From contig JALUVJ010000093.1 of NCBI GenBank assembly GCA_027020665.1, positions 5,795-69,794 on the forward strand: a stretch of 64,000 nucleotides of DNA, read 5' to 3'. The DNA is from Nitrospira sp. (GTDB taxonomy: Bacteria > Nitrospirota > Nitrospiria > SBBL01 > JAADHI01). This document shows, one piece after another, positions 1 to 8,317 of this stretch. Numbering within the stretch: the stretch's first letter is position 1; each line of letters starts with the position of its first letter. A model generated the notes under the pieces. It was not told the origin of the DNA. It searched no databases and saw only the letters and a program-made list of their open reading frames with translations. A program made the position numbers and the translations under genes.

Positions 1-1
1 C

Positions 2-445
2 GCTCCCGATCCGATCATGCAAAAACTCGTGATCGCAAAACAGGCCTCGGATCTGCACACCAATCCGTTTGCACAATGTGTCATGCACCAATACTTGCGC
101 GACAATGATTTGGACGCGCATATCGCAAAAATCGTGACGGCCTACAGTGCGCAAAAAGAAGTCATGCGAAACAGCATCCTGCGGCATTTCCCGGCAGAGG
201 TCACATCCACCAACCCGGAAGGCGGCATGTTTCTTTGGCTCACGCTGCCGCAAGGGGCTTCCGCGCTCGATCTCCTTGCGCTTGCAAAAAAAGATAAGGT
301 GTGCTTTGTGCCGGGAGACCCTTTTTACATCAATCAATCACACCGCAACACCCTTCGTTTAAACTATTCCTGTGCCGACATCGAAACCATCGAAACAGGC
401 ATGGGAAAACTCGCCAATGCAATCAAAACCCTGCTTGCACGATAA
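2..445 (+). CDS. PLP-dependent aminotransferase, class I/II fold (C-terminal part; 5' end lies off the window)
   Basis: The frame is open to the left edge. The C-terminal motifs NPEGGMFLWLTLP...VCFVPGDPFY...LRLNYS are typical of MocR/2-aminoadipate-type aminotransferases. Stop is TAA at 443-445. Confidence 0.75.
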   Translation, partial: APDPIMQKLVIAKQASDLHTNPFAQCVMHQYLRDNDLDAHIAKIVTAYSAQKEVMRNSILRHFPAEVTSTNPEGGMFLWLTLPQGASALDLLALAKKDKVCFVPGDPFYINQSHRNTLRLNYSCADIETIETGMGKLANAIKTLLAR

Positions 446-466
446 AGACAGCGCACAGGTTTATTC

Positions 467-1186
467 ATGAATCACGGCATCCAACTCATCCCCTTTTTAA
501 ACCTTGCGCTTGCGTTTATCCCTGCCGCAGTGGTGGTGGTCATTTTTTTGAAGTGGTCTTTGGATTTTCGCGAGAGTCTGCACGCCATCACGCGCATGCT
601 GGCGCAGCTGCTGCTGGTCGGTTATTTTTTAGCCTTCATTTTTGAATCGGACAACGCCTTCATCGTGCTCGGCGTCTTGACCCTGATGCTCTTCGCTTCA
701 AGCTGGATCGCGCTTCGCACCATCAAGCTTGAACGCAAGCACCTTTTTTTAAAGGCCTTCTCTGCGATTTTTTGCGGCGGGAGCCTGACTTTATTTTTGA
801 TTAGCCAAGGGGTTCTGGATTTAAGCCCCTGGTACAACCCGCGTTACCTGATTCCTTTGGCCGGGATGATTTTTTCTCAGGCAATGAACAGCGTCTCGCT
901 CGCGGCGGAGCGGATGCGTGCCGAAAGCGACCGCGGCATCGCTTACAAGAAGGCCCGGGGGATTGCGCTGCGCGCTTCGCTCATTCCCATTACCAATTCG
1001 CTTTTTGCCGTGGGATTGGTCTCACTGCCGGGCATGATGACGGGGCAGATCCTCTCCGGCGTCTCGCCCTTCATTGCCGTGCGTTATCAGGTCATGGTGA
1101 TGTGCATGGTTTACGGAGCTTCCGGCATCGCTTCGGCCTTGTTTCTCATTTGGTCGAAACCTCGGACGGCAGAAAACCCGCCCTGA
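467..1186 (+). CDS. fetB: FetB/YbbM-family ABC-type iron-export permease (UPF0014)
   Basis: A 239-aa multi-TM protein. The blocks LLLVGYFL..IF, IPLAGMI, ASLIPITNS, VGLVSLPGMMTGQI and RYQVMVM match what I remember of E. coli FetB. No fetA ATPase gene is adjacent. Confidence 0.7.
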   Translation: MNHGIQLIPFLNLALAFIPAAVVVVIFLKWSLDFRESLHAITRMLAQLLLVGYFLAFIFESDNAFIVLGVLTLMLFASSWIALRTIKLERKHLFLKAFSAIFCGGSLTLFLISQGVLDLSPWYNPRYLIPLAGMIFSQAMNSVSLAAERMRAESDRGIAYKKARGIALRASLIPITNSLFAVGLVSLPGMMTGQILSGVSPFIAVRYQVMVMCMVYGASGIASALFLIWSKPRTAENPP

Positions 1187-1200
1187 GAAAAGGGCGTTCT

Positions 1201-2037
1201 TTATTTGCCGGCAAGCGCCAGAAGTGCTTTGTTCTTAAAAATGAGCTGTCCGTTTTCGCAATAAGACAGGCTGAGCTTCTCAACCTCTTTTTTGAGATCA
1301 GCCTGTGCTTCGGCGGAAAATGTATCGAACGGCTCTTTCAAGATGCCCGCCGATGTGCTGATCTCCCAATACGATTCAAAATCATCATAGTGATAATTTA
1401 GAATAAAAGGCGTGATTTCCAGTTTATCTTCCTCAAATCCCGCCTCTTCCAAAAGTGCTTCGAGATCCGTCCGGGCACCCAGCCGACCGATCCTCGGTGC
1501 CGGAGGCCGCTCTTCTTCAGGCATCGCCTTCATCAGCACCTCCCAAATGAGATGCAAGGACGGCACTTCATGAAAGGCCCCCCAAACCGCAACGACCATT
1601 TTACCCCCGTGCCGCAAGACACGTCTCATCTCGGAAACCCCCCGAAGCGGATCATCAAAGAGCATGACTCCGAAACGACTGATGACGCGGTCAAATTGTG
1701 CATTCTCAAAATCAAGGGCTTCGGCTTTCATTTGCCGGAATTTAAGACAAGTCAAGCCTTCAATTTCCGCCTTTTTATTGGCCCGCGCAACCATCGCTTC
1801 CGCGCTGTCAACCCCGACAACTGAAATACCTGCTTTGGCATAACGGCGTGCAAGTGTGAGTGAAGGCTCACCCGTACCCGACGCCACATCTAAAATCGCA
1901 TGGCCTTGCGAAATGTCGGCCATGTCGATGAGGGTTTCCGCGACAGGCTGAATATAAGGCAGCCAGCGATCAAAGGCTTCGGCCATCTCGTTCCAATCAA
2001 TGTTGTTCTCTTGGGAAGATTGATTCTGATTTGACAT
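1201..2037 (-). CDS. class I SAM-dependent methyltransferase
   Basis: Motif I is ILDVASGTGEPSLTLA and the post-I acidic residue is in VVGVDSAEAM. It has a Methyltransf_11-like layout. It lies 93 nt downstream of the GGDEF regulator on the same strand. Confidence 0.8.
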   Translation of the reverse strand: MSNQNQSSQENNIDWNEMAEAFDRWLPYIQPVAETLIDMADISQGHAILDVASGTGEPSLTLARRYAKAGISVVGVDSAEAMVARANKKAEIEGLTCLKFRQMKAEALDFENAQFDRVISRFGVMLFDDPLRGVSEMRRVLRHGGKMVVAVWGAFHEVPSLHLIWEVLMKAMPEEERPPAPRIGRLGARTDLEALLEEAGFEEDKLEITPFILNYHYDDFESYWEISTSAGILKEPFDTFSAEAQADLKKEVEKLSLSYCENGQLIFKNKALLALAGK

Positions 2038-2130
2038 CGCGCCGATTATCGCATGACTTGGGCACGGGCCGTCAAGTGTGACGTGACGCGAGGGAAGCTC
2101 AGCCTTAAAAAAGCTCTGATCCGGAATGCT

Positions 2131-3540
2131 TTAACAAACACAATTCCGGCCCATTTCTTTTGCGCGATACAGGGCGTCATCCGCACGTTTAACAATCACT
2201 TCCGCACCGATCCCGTCGGCAGGGCTTTCAGAAATGCCGAAACTGATCGTCACCGCACCGTCCGGCTGTCGATCGCCATAGGGGAAACGGTGATCCGCAA
2301 CATTTTTACGAATCACTTCCGCAAGACGTTTTGCATCCGTCTTTGTTGTATAAGGCAGGATAATGATAAATTCCTCCCCGCCATAACGGCAGACAATGTC
2401 CGTATCGCGGACGCGGCTTTGCACCAACTCGGCAATCTCCCGGAGCACGACATCGCCCATGAGATGACCGTGGGTGTCATTATATGTTTTAAAATAATCC
2501 ACATCGAAAAAAATCAGGGAAACCGGATGGCGATAGCGTTCCGCGCGCAAGAGCTCGGACTTTAAAACGCTTTCGAAATGCCGTCGGTTATAAAGCCCGG
2601 TCAGGCTGTCCCGTGTTGCTAAGGTTTTCACTTCGTGATAAAGCCGGGCATTTTCAACCGCCACGGCCACGGAAGATGCGAAGCGCGTCAGGATTTCCTT
2701 CTGCCGTTTTGTAAACGGTCTCTTTTTAAGATCAAGAATCGCTAAAACCCCATAAAACATTTGATGGCCCTGAATGGGATGAAAGAGTGCCGTGCCTTGT
2801 TTCACTTTTGAAATTAATTGCTGTTTCAATGCCCTTGAAACACGGGAAACTATTTTGGGAAAACTTAAATCCAGAGACGATGCATCCAACTTCCCCAGCC
2901 TGCAATGACTCTTGAGCAGGAGTTTTCTTCGTGATTTATCAAAAATCCAGAGCAAGGCGGGTTGAAATCCCACCAATTTTGAAACATGCATCACGGAACG
3001 TTGATAGACCTCTTCGAGATCAAGCCCCGCCAGCATTTCCTTTTCCGCAGCATACAGGGCTGAAATATCCAAAGAATACTGGATGATCTTTTTGCGGCTT
3101 TCATCCAAGGCCCTGTTTTTTTCCTGAAGATCTTCAAGCAACTTCTTTTTTTCCGCCTCCAATGAAAGTTTGTCGGAGATACGATTGATGATGGCCAGGA
3201 TCAGTTCAATATCTTCAAGCGGTTTGATCAGATAATCATAGGCCCCCAGTCGCAGGGCCTTAATGGTCGAATCAACCGAAGAGTGACTGGTAATCAGCAC
3301 CACCGTGATTGAGGCATCTTTTTTTTTAATTTCACGTAAAAGGGTGAGGCCGTCGATCCCCGGCATCCGCAGATCGGTAAAAACAATGTCGTAACGCTGC
3401 GTTTCCAATAGCGCCAAGGCCGCTTCGCCCGAATCGGCGCCGATACAAGCGTAGCCGACATCCTCCAGCAAATCGACGACCGCCGAACGAAAAGTGCTTT
3501 CGTCATCAACCACAAGTATGGAAGGTTTCCAGTCTGACAC
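2131..3540 (-). CDS. response regulator, REC - coiled coil - GAF-like - GGDEF diguanylate cyclase (active-site type)
   Basis: REC motifs are VVDDE, FTDLRMPG, ITSHS and LIKP. The GGDEF domain has LTGLYNRR, DVDYFKTYND and GGEEF (nt 2368-2382). An RDTD I-site sits 5 residues upstream. Confidence 0.9.
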   Translation of the reverse strand: MSDWKPSILVVDDESTFRSAVVDLLEDVGYACIGADSGEAALALLETQRYDIVFTDLRMPGIDGLTLLREIKKKDASITVVLITSHSSVDSTIKALRLGAYDYLIKPLEDIELILAIINRISDKLSLEAEKKKLLEDLQEKNRALDESRKKIIQYSLDISALYAAEKEMLAGLDLEEVYQRSVMHVSKLVGFQPALLWIFDKSRRKLLLKSHCRLGKLDASSLDLSFPKIVSRVSRALKQQLISKVKQGTALFHPIQGHQMFYGVLAILDLKKRPFTKRQKEILTRFASSVAVAVENARLYHEVKTLATRDSLTGLYNRRHFESVLKSELLRAERYRHPVSLIFFDVDYFKTYNDTHGHLMGDVVLREIAELVQSRVRDTDIVCRYGGEEFIIILPYTTKTDAKRLAEVIRKNVADHRFPYGDRQPDGAVTISFGISESPADGIGAEVIVKRADDALYRAKEMGRNCVC

Positions 3541-3634
3541 AGCATCAAGCCTATCACAAAGCCCCTAGGCGTCAAGACAGATTCAAGCGCACTAAGGGGA
3601 ATAACCAACTGAAATATATACGTTTATTTTAATA

Positions 3635-5098
3635 TTATGCGTTAAGGCCTTCAGCAGGTTCACGTATAGAAATACGGCTCTCCAAGACCGAAATAAGCTC
3701 CCCGACCGTATCACCATCCTTTGGGTAGGCCGCTTTTTTGAGTTGGCCTTCTCCATATTCGGCGGCAATGTGTTTGGAAACAGCCAAAGATGACATCTGC
3801 CGCTTTAAGAGACGCATCACCTTACGACTTTCCCGATGACTCGTCTCCGGCATCATCACAAATATCTTGTTCCTATCTCGCGCCGCCATATCCGTTGTAC
3901 GAATCCGGCTCAGAATCTGTTTGGCCCATTCCTGTAAAAACGCGCGAACCTCCGGTTTCTTTTCTTCCTCAGGGGGGAAATCCAAAGACAACAGCAAGAG
4001 GGTGAAGGGGTGCCGATAACGCCGCGCGCGCTGGATCTCCAGATTCAGGAGTTCCAAAAAGAAGTCAAAGCGCACAAGGCCCGTCTGCGTATCCTGCAGC
4101 GTTGATATCCCTTTCGTTGCGGGGGGTACTCCGACGACGTCGGGAATATGTGTTGGCGTTCGGGGGGTGTTCATTTCAAAAAAATGAAACATCATTGCCG
4201 TAATCAGGCAAAGATGTACAAAGGTATTTTTTTCATGCACCCTCCAGTTTTTCGGCGCACGATTCATGACCGAGAGCAAACCGTATACCTTCTCTTGATA
4301 GATTAAAGGCTGATGAACCCCGTTTTGGGGGGGCGGGGATTTAAATAATTGATTGAGCTGATTTTTATACGCGCCCTTCCGCATCCAAAGACACAAGGCC
4401 GCATCTGAGCTGCGTAGCGCATCCGAAAGCGGCATCGAAGGCATCGAAGCGGTGCTCAGTCCAATGGTCTTTTGCGCAAGCAGACTTCCTTTTTCCCGAT
4501 GATACAGCCAGATCACCCCGGCATTCCCTTTTAAAAAGAGGGAAAGCCCTTCCTCTAAACGGCCCATTAACTCAGCACGGTTTTTTGATTTTAAGAGACT
4601 TGAAGCAATCTTATAAAAATTCGCAACCGCAATGAGGTCCCGTGCCGCCCGGCTTGCCCCTTGTTCCATCTGCTGATTTTTTTGCGTCGTGCGTGCAAGT
4701 AATGCTCGGTTTTCTTTTTTAAGCTGCTGCTGCGACAAGGCCCGTGCAACAACGATTTCAACATATTCAAGTTCTTCGAAAGGTTTCAGCAAATAGTCAT
4801 ACGCCCCTAAACGGATGGCCTCCAGGGAAGATTCCAGCGAGGCATGGCTGGTCATAATAATCACTTCGGTATCCGGACTTATTTCTTTCACTTTTTTAAG
4901 CAATTCAAGCCCTGTCTGTCCCGCCATGCGAATATCGGAAATGACCAAGTCAAACTGAATCAATGTCATTTTCACCAGTGCGACTTCTACACTGGGGGAT
5001 TCAACAACATCATAATTCAATGCCGTAAAGAGTTCGTTCAAGATCCCCCGGATGGACATTTCATCATCAACCACCAGGATGCGGGGTGATTTATTCAT
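3635..5098 (-). CDS. response regulator, REC - coiled coil - GAF-like - degenerate GGDEF domain (catalytically inactive type, RxxD retained)
   Basis: REC motifs are VVDDE, ISDIRMAG, MTSHA and LLKP. The C-terminal domain aligns to the neighbouring GGDEF paralog (RYRHP shared), but GGEEF is replaced by RNKIF (nt 3860-3874). NRR is lost and DxD-FK-ND is degraded. RTTD (nt 3890-3901) is kept at the I-site spacing. Confidence 0.8.
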   Translation of the reverse strand: MNKSPRILVVDDEMSIRGILNELFTALNYDVVESPSVEVALVKMTLIQFDLVISDIRMAGQTGLELLKKVKEISPDTEVIIMTSHASLESSLEAIRLGAYDYLLKPFEELEYVEIVVARALSQQQLKKENRALLARTTQKNQQMEQGASRAARDLIAVANFYKIASSLLKSKNRAELMGRLEEGLSLFLKGNAGVIWLYHREKGSLLAQKTIGLSTASMPSMPLSDALRSSDAALCLWMRKGAYKNQLNQLFKSPPPQNGVHQPLIYQEKVYGLLSVMNRAPKNWRVHEKNTFVHLCLITAMMFHFFEMNTPRTPTHIPDVVGVPPATKGISTLQDTQTGLVRFDFFLELLNLEIQRARRYRHPFTLLLLSLDFPPEEEKKPEVRAFLQEWAKQILSRIRTTDMAARDRNKIFVMMPETSHRESRKVMRLLKRQMSSLAVSKHIAAEYGEGQLKKAAYPKDGDTVGELISVLESRISIREPAEGLNA

Positions 5099-5112
5099 CA
5101 GTCGCTTCCTCC

Positions 5113-6939
5113 TTAGTTTTCAGGTTTGTCTTCACGCGCCGCATCCATCACGGGAAATGAAAGCGTAAAGGTCGTGCCCTTGCCCGGTTCGCTTTCTAAC
5201 AGAATTTCACCGTAATGATCTTTTACAATGCCGTATGAAACCGAAAGGCCCAAACCCGTGCCTTTCCCGATCGGCTTTGTCGTGAAAAAAGGCTCAAAAA
5301 TTTTTTCCTGAATCTCAGGCGGCATGCCCGGCCCCGTATCGCGGACAGACAAGACCACCTTGTCTTCATCCTGAGCGGTTTCAATGGAAACCGTTCCGCC
5401 TTCCGGCATGGCTTGCTGTGCATTGATCATCAGGTTCATCAAGACTTGCTGAAGCTGATTGGCGTTTCCGCCAATCAGCGGGAGATGCGCGGCAATCTGT
5501 TTTTCGATCCTCACCTTGTTAATCGTCAACTGATGATCCACGATGGCCAGAGCGTCTTCAAGCACGTCATTGAGATTGATCGGCGTCTTTTCCGTTTTTT
5601 CCTGACGGGAGAATTTCATCAGGTTTTCAATAATCGTCTTACAGCGTTTGGTCTCTTTTTCGATAATCCGCAACTGTTTGGCCAATGGGCTGTCTTGCTC
5701 CACCTTTCTCAAAGCCAACTGGGCATAACCTAGAATCCCCGCCAAAGGGTTTTTAACTTCATGGGCGATCCCGGCACCCAGTTGTCCGAAGGCCGCCATT
5801 TTTTCCGATTGCACCAGGGCCGCCTGCGCCGACTTCAAATCAGTCTCACGGGCTTTCAATTCGCCCGCCATCCGGTTGAAGGAATTGGCCAGAAGACCGA
5901 TTTCATCCTTGCTTTTTGTCGTGATCCCGATATCAAAATGCCCGCCTGCGACACGGCGTGTCGCTTCCGAAAGCTGTTTAATGGGCTGTGTCATACCGCG
6001 TGACCACACAAATGCAACGAGCACTGAAAACGCCAGAACCCCCAAAGACACATTCAATAAGGTATCGGTCAAGGCCTTCGCTGCCAAATAAGCCACGGAT
6101 TTCGGGATTTGGGCCACCGCGCCAAAACCGCCGTACTCAATACGGGCATAAGCCCCCAGATAATCATCCCCGTCAATCGTATATTCCAGTGTTTCGGCAA
6201 AGGTTTGCCCGTTCATAAACGCCGCAACCACCGGAATGCCGCTCACATCCTCATGAAAAACTTTTTCGCTGCCCTGCGGTCCCGTATTTGAGCTGGAAAT
6301 AATCATGCCCGCATTGTCGATCAAAAAGGTCTCGAAAACCTTTGATTTCCCGCTTAAGCCCAAGAGTCGATCGAGCTGAATCTCCGCCACGACAAAGAAG
6401 GTTTCATCAAAATGTTCATCGTGCACCCTTCGAACCAAAGTGAAAGAGGGCAATTCCCGCATGAAGGTCGATTGCTGTAAAAAAGGGACGCCTTGTTTCA
6501 AATCCTCAAAAGGAATCGGGTGTTCGGCGCGATAGGCCGTGAGATCTTCCCGTTTCAGATCCGCCGCGCTAAATCGGACCTGATCCAGCAGGGTCACTTC
6601 CTCTTTACCTTTTGCGTTGTACAGTGAAACGGCGATAAAACCTTCAAAGTGCTCAAGCAGCTTTTTGATATAGGTTTCTTTGCCGGACTCCGGGATTTCC
6701 ACGGATAAAAGCGACTGCGCAAAAACTGCCAGGTTTTCATCGTAGTTGCGCAAAATCGTATTGGCTTCCTCCGAAAGATGCAGCGCCGTGACCGCGGTAA
6801 GATCAAAAAGGTAAGTGGTCTTGTCTTTTTGAAACAAGGTCACAATTTTAAAGGTCAGCGTGCTGACCACGGCGGTCACCACCACGAGCATCATGAAGAG
6901 CAGCTTGAGCCGAATTGAAAATTTAACCTGTGACGCCAT
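5113..6939 (-). CDS. sensor histidine kinase (TM - periplasmic Cache-like domain - TM - HAMP - HisKA - HATPase_c)
   Basis: The N-terminal TM is LLFMMLVVVTAVVSTL, followed by a roughly 260-aa extracytoplasmic segment and a second TM. HAMP is PIKQLSEATRRVAGGHFD...LANSFNRMAGEL. The H-box is AHEVKNPL (His codon 5761-5763). N/G boxes are NLMINAQQA, DTGPGM and GTGLGL. Confidence 0.9.
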   Translation of the reverse strand: MASQVKFSIRLKLLFMMLVVVTAVVSTLTFKIVTLFQKDKTTYLFDLTAVTALHLSEEANTILRNYDENLAVFAQSLLSVEIPESGKETYIKKLLEHFEGFIAVSLYNAKGKEEVTLLDQVRFSAADLKREDLTAYRAEHPIPFEDLKQGVPFLQQSTFMRELPSFTLVRRVHDEHFDETFFVVAEIQLDRLLGLSGKSKVFETFLIDNAGMIISSSNTGPQGSEKVFHEDVSGIPVVAAFMNGQTFAETLEYTIDGDDYLGAYARIEYGGFGAVAQIPKSVAYLAAKALTDTLLNVSLGVLAFSVLVAFVWSRGMTQPIKQLSEATRRVAGGHFDIGITTKSKDEIGLLANSFNRMAGELKARETDLKSAQAALVQSEKMAAFGQLGAGIAHEVKNPLAGILGYAQLALRKVEQDSPLAKQLRIIEKETKRCKTIIENLMKFSRQEKTEKTPINLNDVLEDALAIVDHQLTINKVRIEKQIAAHLPLIGGNANQLQQVLMNLMINAQQAMPEGGTVSIETAQDEDKVVLSVRDTGPGMPPEIQEKIFEPFFTTKPIGKGTGLGLSVSYGIVKDHYGEILLESEPGKGTTFTLSFPVMDAAREDKPEN

Positions 6940-6955
6940 CCCAGAAACCGCCTTT

Positions 6956-8317
6956 TTAAAATTTTCTGCTAATCAACCTTCTTTCAAAACTCACATTTCC
7001 GGCCTGATCTACCGATTCGACCAAAATCAGGTTGACCCCTTTTTTAAGAGGCAATTCATGTGCAAAACCTTCCGCATCGCGTTGTGCGGGGGCATTCCCG
7101 TTGATATAAATTTTGGCCGCCGCATCCGAGACGCCGCGCACAACAATCACCGCCTCATTCATGATTCCGTCTTTTTTAGGAAAGAGGACCTCCAATTTCG
7201 GCGGTTTTAAAAGCTGCACCACTTCAATCTTCCGCACAGCACTCCACGCACCCTGCACGCCCTTGCCGTCCACGGCGGCCACGCGCCAAAAATAAACCCC
7301 TTTTTTCAAATTGCCGTAAAGGAATCGGGTTTTGGACAGGCGTTCATTGAGGATAAGACCGACAAAACGCGGTTTTTTTGCAATTTGCAATTGATAGTGC
7401 TGGCTTTTTTTATTCTCTTGCCAGGCGAATAAAATTTCAGGCGGAAAATTCCGATAATAATAAATTTTTTTCGCAGCCGGGCTTTTCAAAGCCGGCGGCT
7501 CTAAAATCCGTAGCGGCGCGGACGGGGCAGCCACCTTTTCAATTTTTGTGGCTTCATTGGCCTTTACTTCCACGGTCTTGCCATTCGCGCGGACTTTGGC
7601 CACCCCTTTAAAAACCGTGACCGTGCTGGATTTATCCGGCAGCACATTAATTTCAAATTCGGTTTTTTGATCCAGACTGTCCCGCGTGTCGATTTCGGTT
7701 AAACCCGAAGGCAGGGCGATTTGCAGATTGACGTTGCCCGAACCGCTGCCGTCGATCCGCCCGCGTAAACGGCCGTTTACAAGCACCCGAAAGGACCGTC
7801 GGCTTCTCAGAATCCGACTTCCGCCCAAACGCCGGATAATTACCAATGAATTTTCATCCATTTCCAAAACGTTTTCTGCGTCAAAGGCAATTGTCGCCCG
7901 CGCATTGTTCAGGGTCTGCACCGCGTCCCGCTCAAAGAGACTCAAACCCGCCGCCGCCCCTTCCCAAACGATGCCCTTGGCCCGCTTATACTTCACCTCG
8001 TTTTCCAGTCGGCTTAATTGCGCCACCGCTTCGGCCTTCCCGGAAAAATCCGCTGCATCGCCATCGTTTGCAAAATCCATTTGAAAACGGCCTTCGCTCT
8101 TTTCAAGCGAAACCGGAGTAAACCTGCCGCCGACTTCAAAAAAAGACAGGCCGGGTGCGCCCTCTGGAAACAATTGTTTTAAACCGGCCAGTAAAAAAAC
8201 CGCGCAGATCAAGAAAGCCGTGAGCGCCCAAACGGCCTCCGCACCCAGCGTGCCGACCCAAAACAGCACACGCCGAATCCCCCGGGCCTTTTTAGATTGA
8301 ATCTCCCCTGCGGTCAT
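6956..8317 (-). CDS. membrane-anchored FecR-like protein with C-terminal FN3-like and Ig-like modules
   Basis: It has a short cytoplasmic N-terminus and one TM (VLFWVGTLGAEAVWALTAFLICAVFLLAGL). A FecR-type beta-rich region follows (ATIAFDAENVLEMDENSLVII ... TVTVFKGVAKVRANGKTVEVKANEATKI), then GVYFWRVAAVDGKGVQGAWS (FN3-like) and a terminal Ig-like module. Its ATG shares one nucleotide with the giant ORF's TAA (TAATG at 8315-8319). Confidence 0.6.
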   Translation of the reverse strand: MTAGEIQSKKARGIRRVLFWVGTLGAEAVWALTAFLICAVFLLAGLKQLFPEGAPGLSFFEVGGRFTPVSLEKSEGRFQMDFANDGDAADFSGKAEAVAQLSRLENEVKYKRAKGIVWEGAAAGLSLFERDAVQTLNNARATIAFDAENVLEMDENSLVIIRRLGGSRILRSRRSFRVLVNGRLRGRIDGSGSGNVNLQIALPSGLTEIDTRDSLDQKTEFEINVLPDKSSTVTVFKGVAKVRANGKTVEVKANEATKIEKVAAPSAPLRILEPPALKSPAAKKIYYYRNFPPEILFAWQENKKSQHYQLQIAKKPRFVGLILNERLSKTRFLYGNLKKGVYFWRVAAVDGKGVQGAWSAVRKIEVVQLLKPPKLEVLFPKKDGIMNEAVIVVRGVSDAAAKIYINGNAPAQRDAEGFAHELPLKKGVNLILVESVDQAGNVSFERRLISRKF

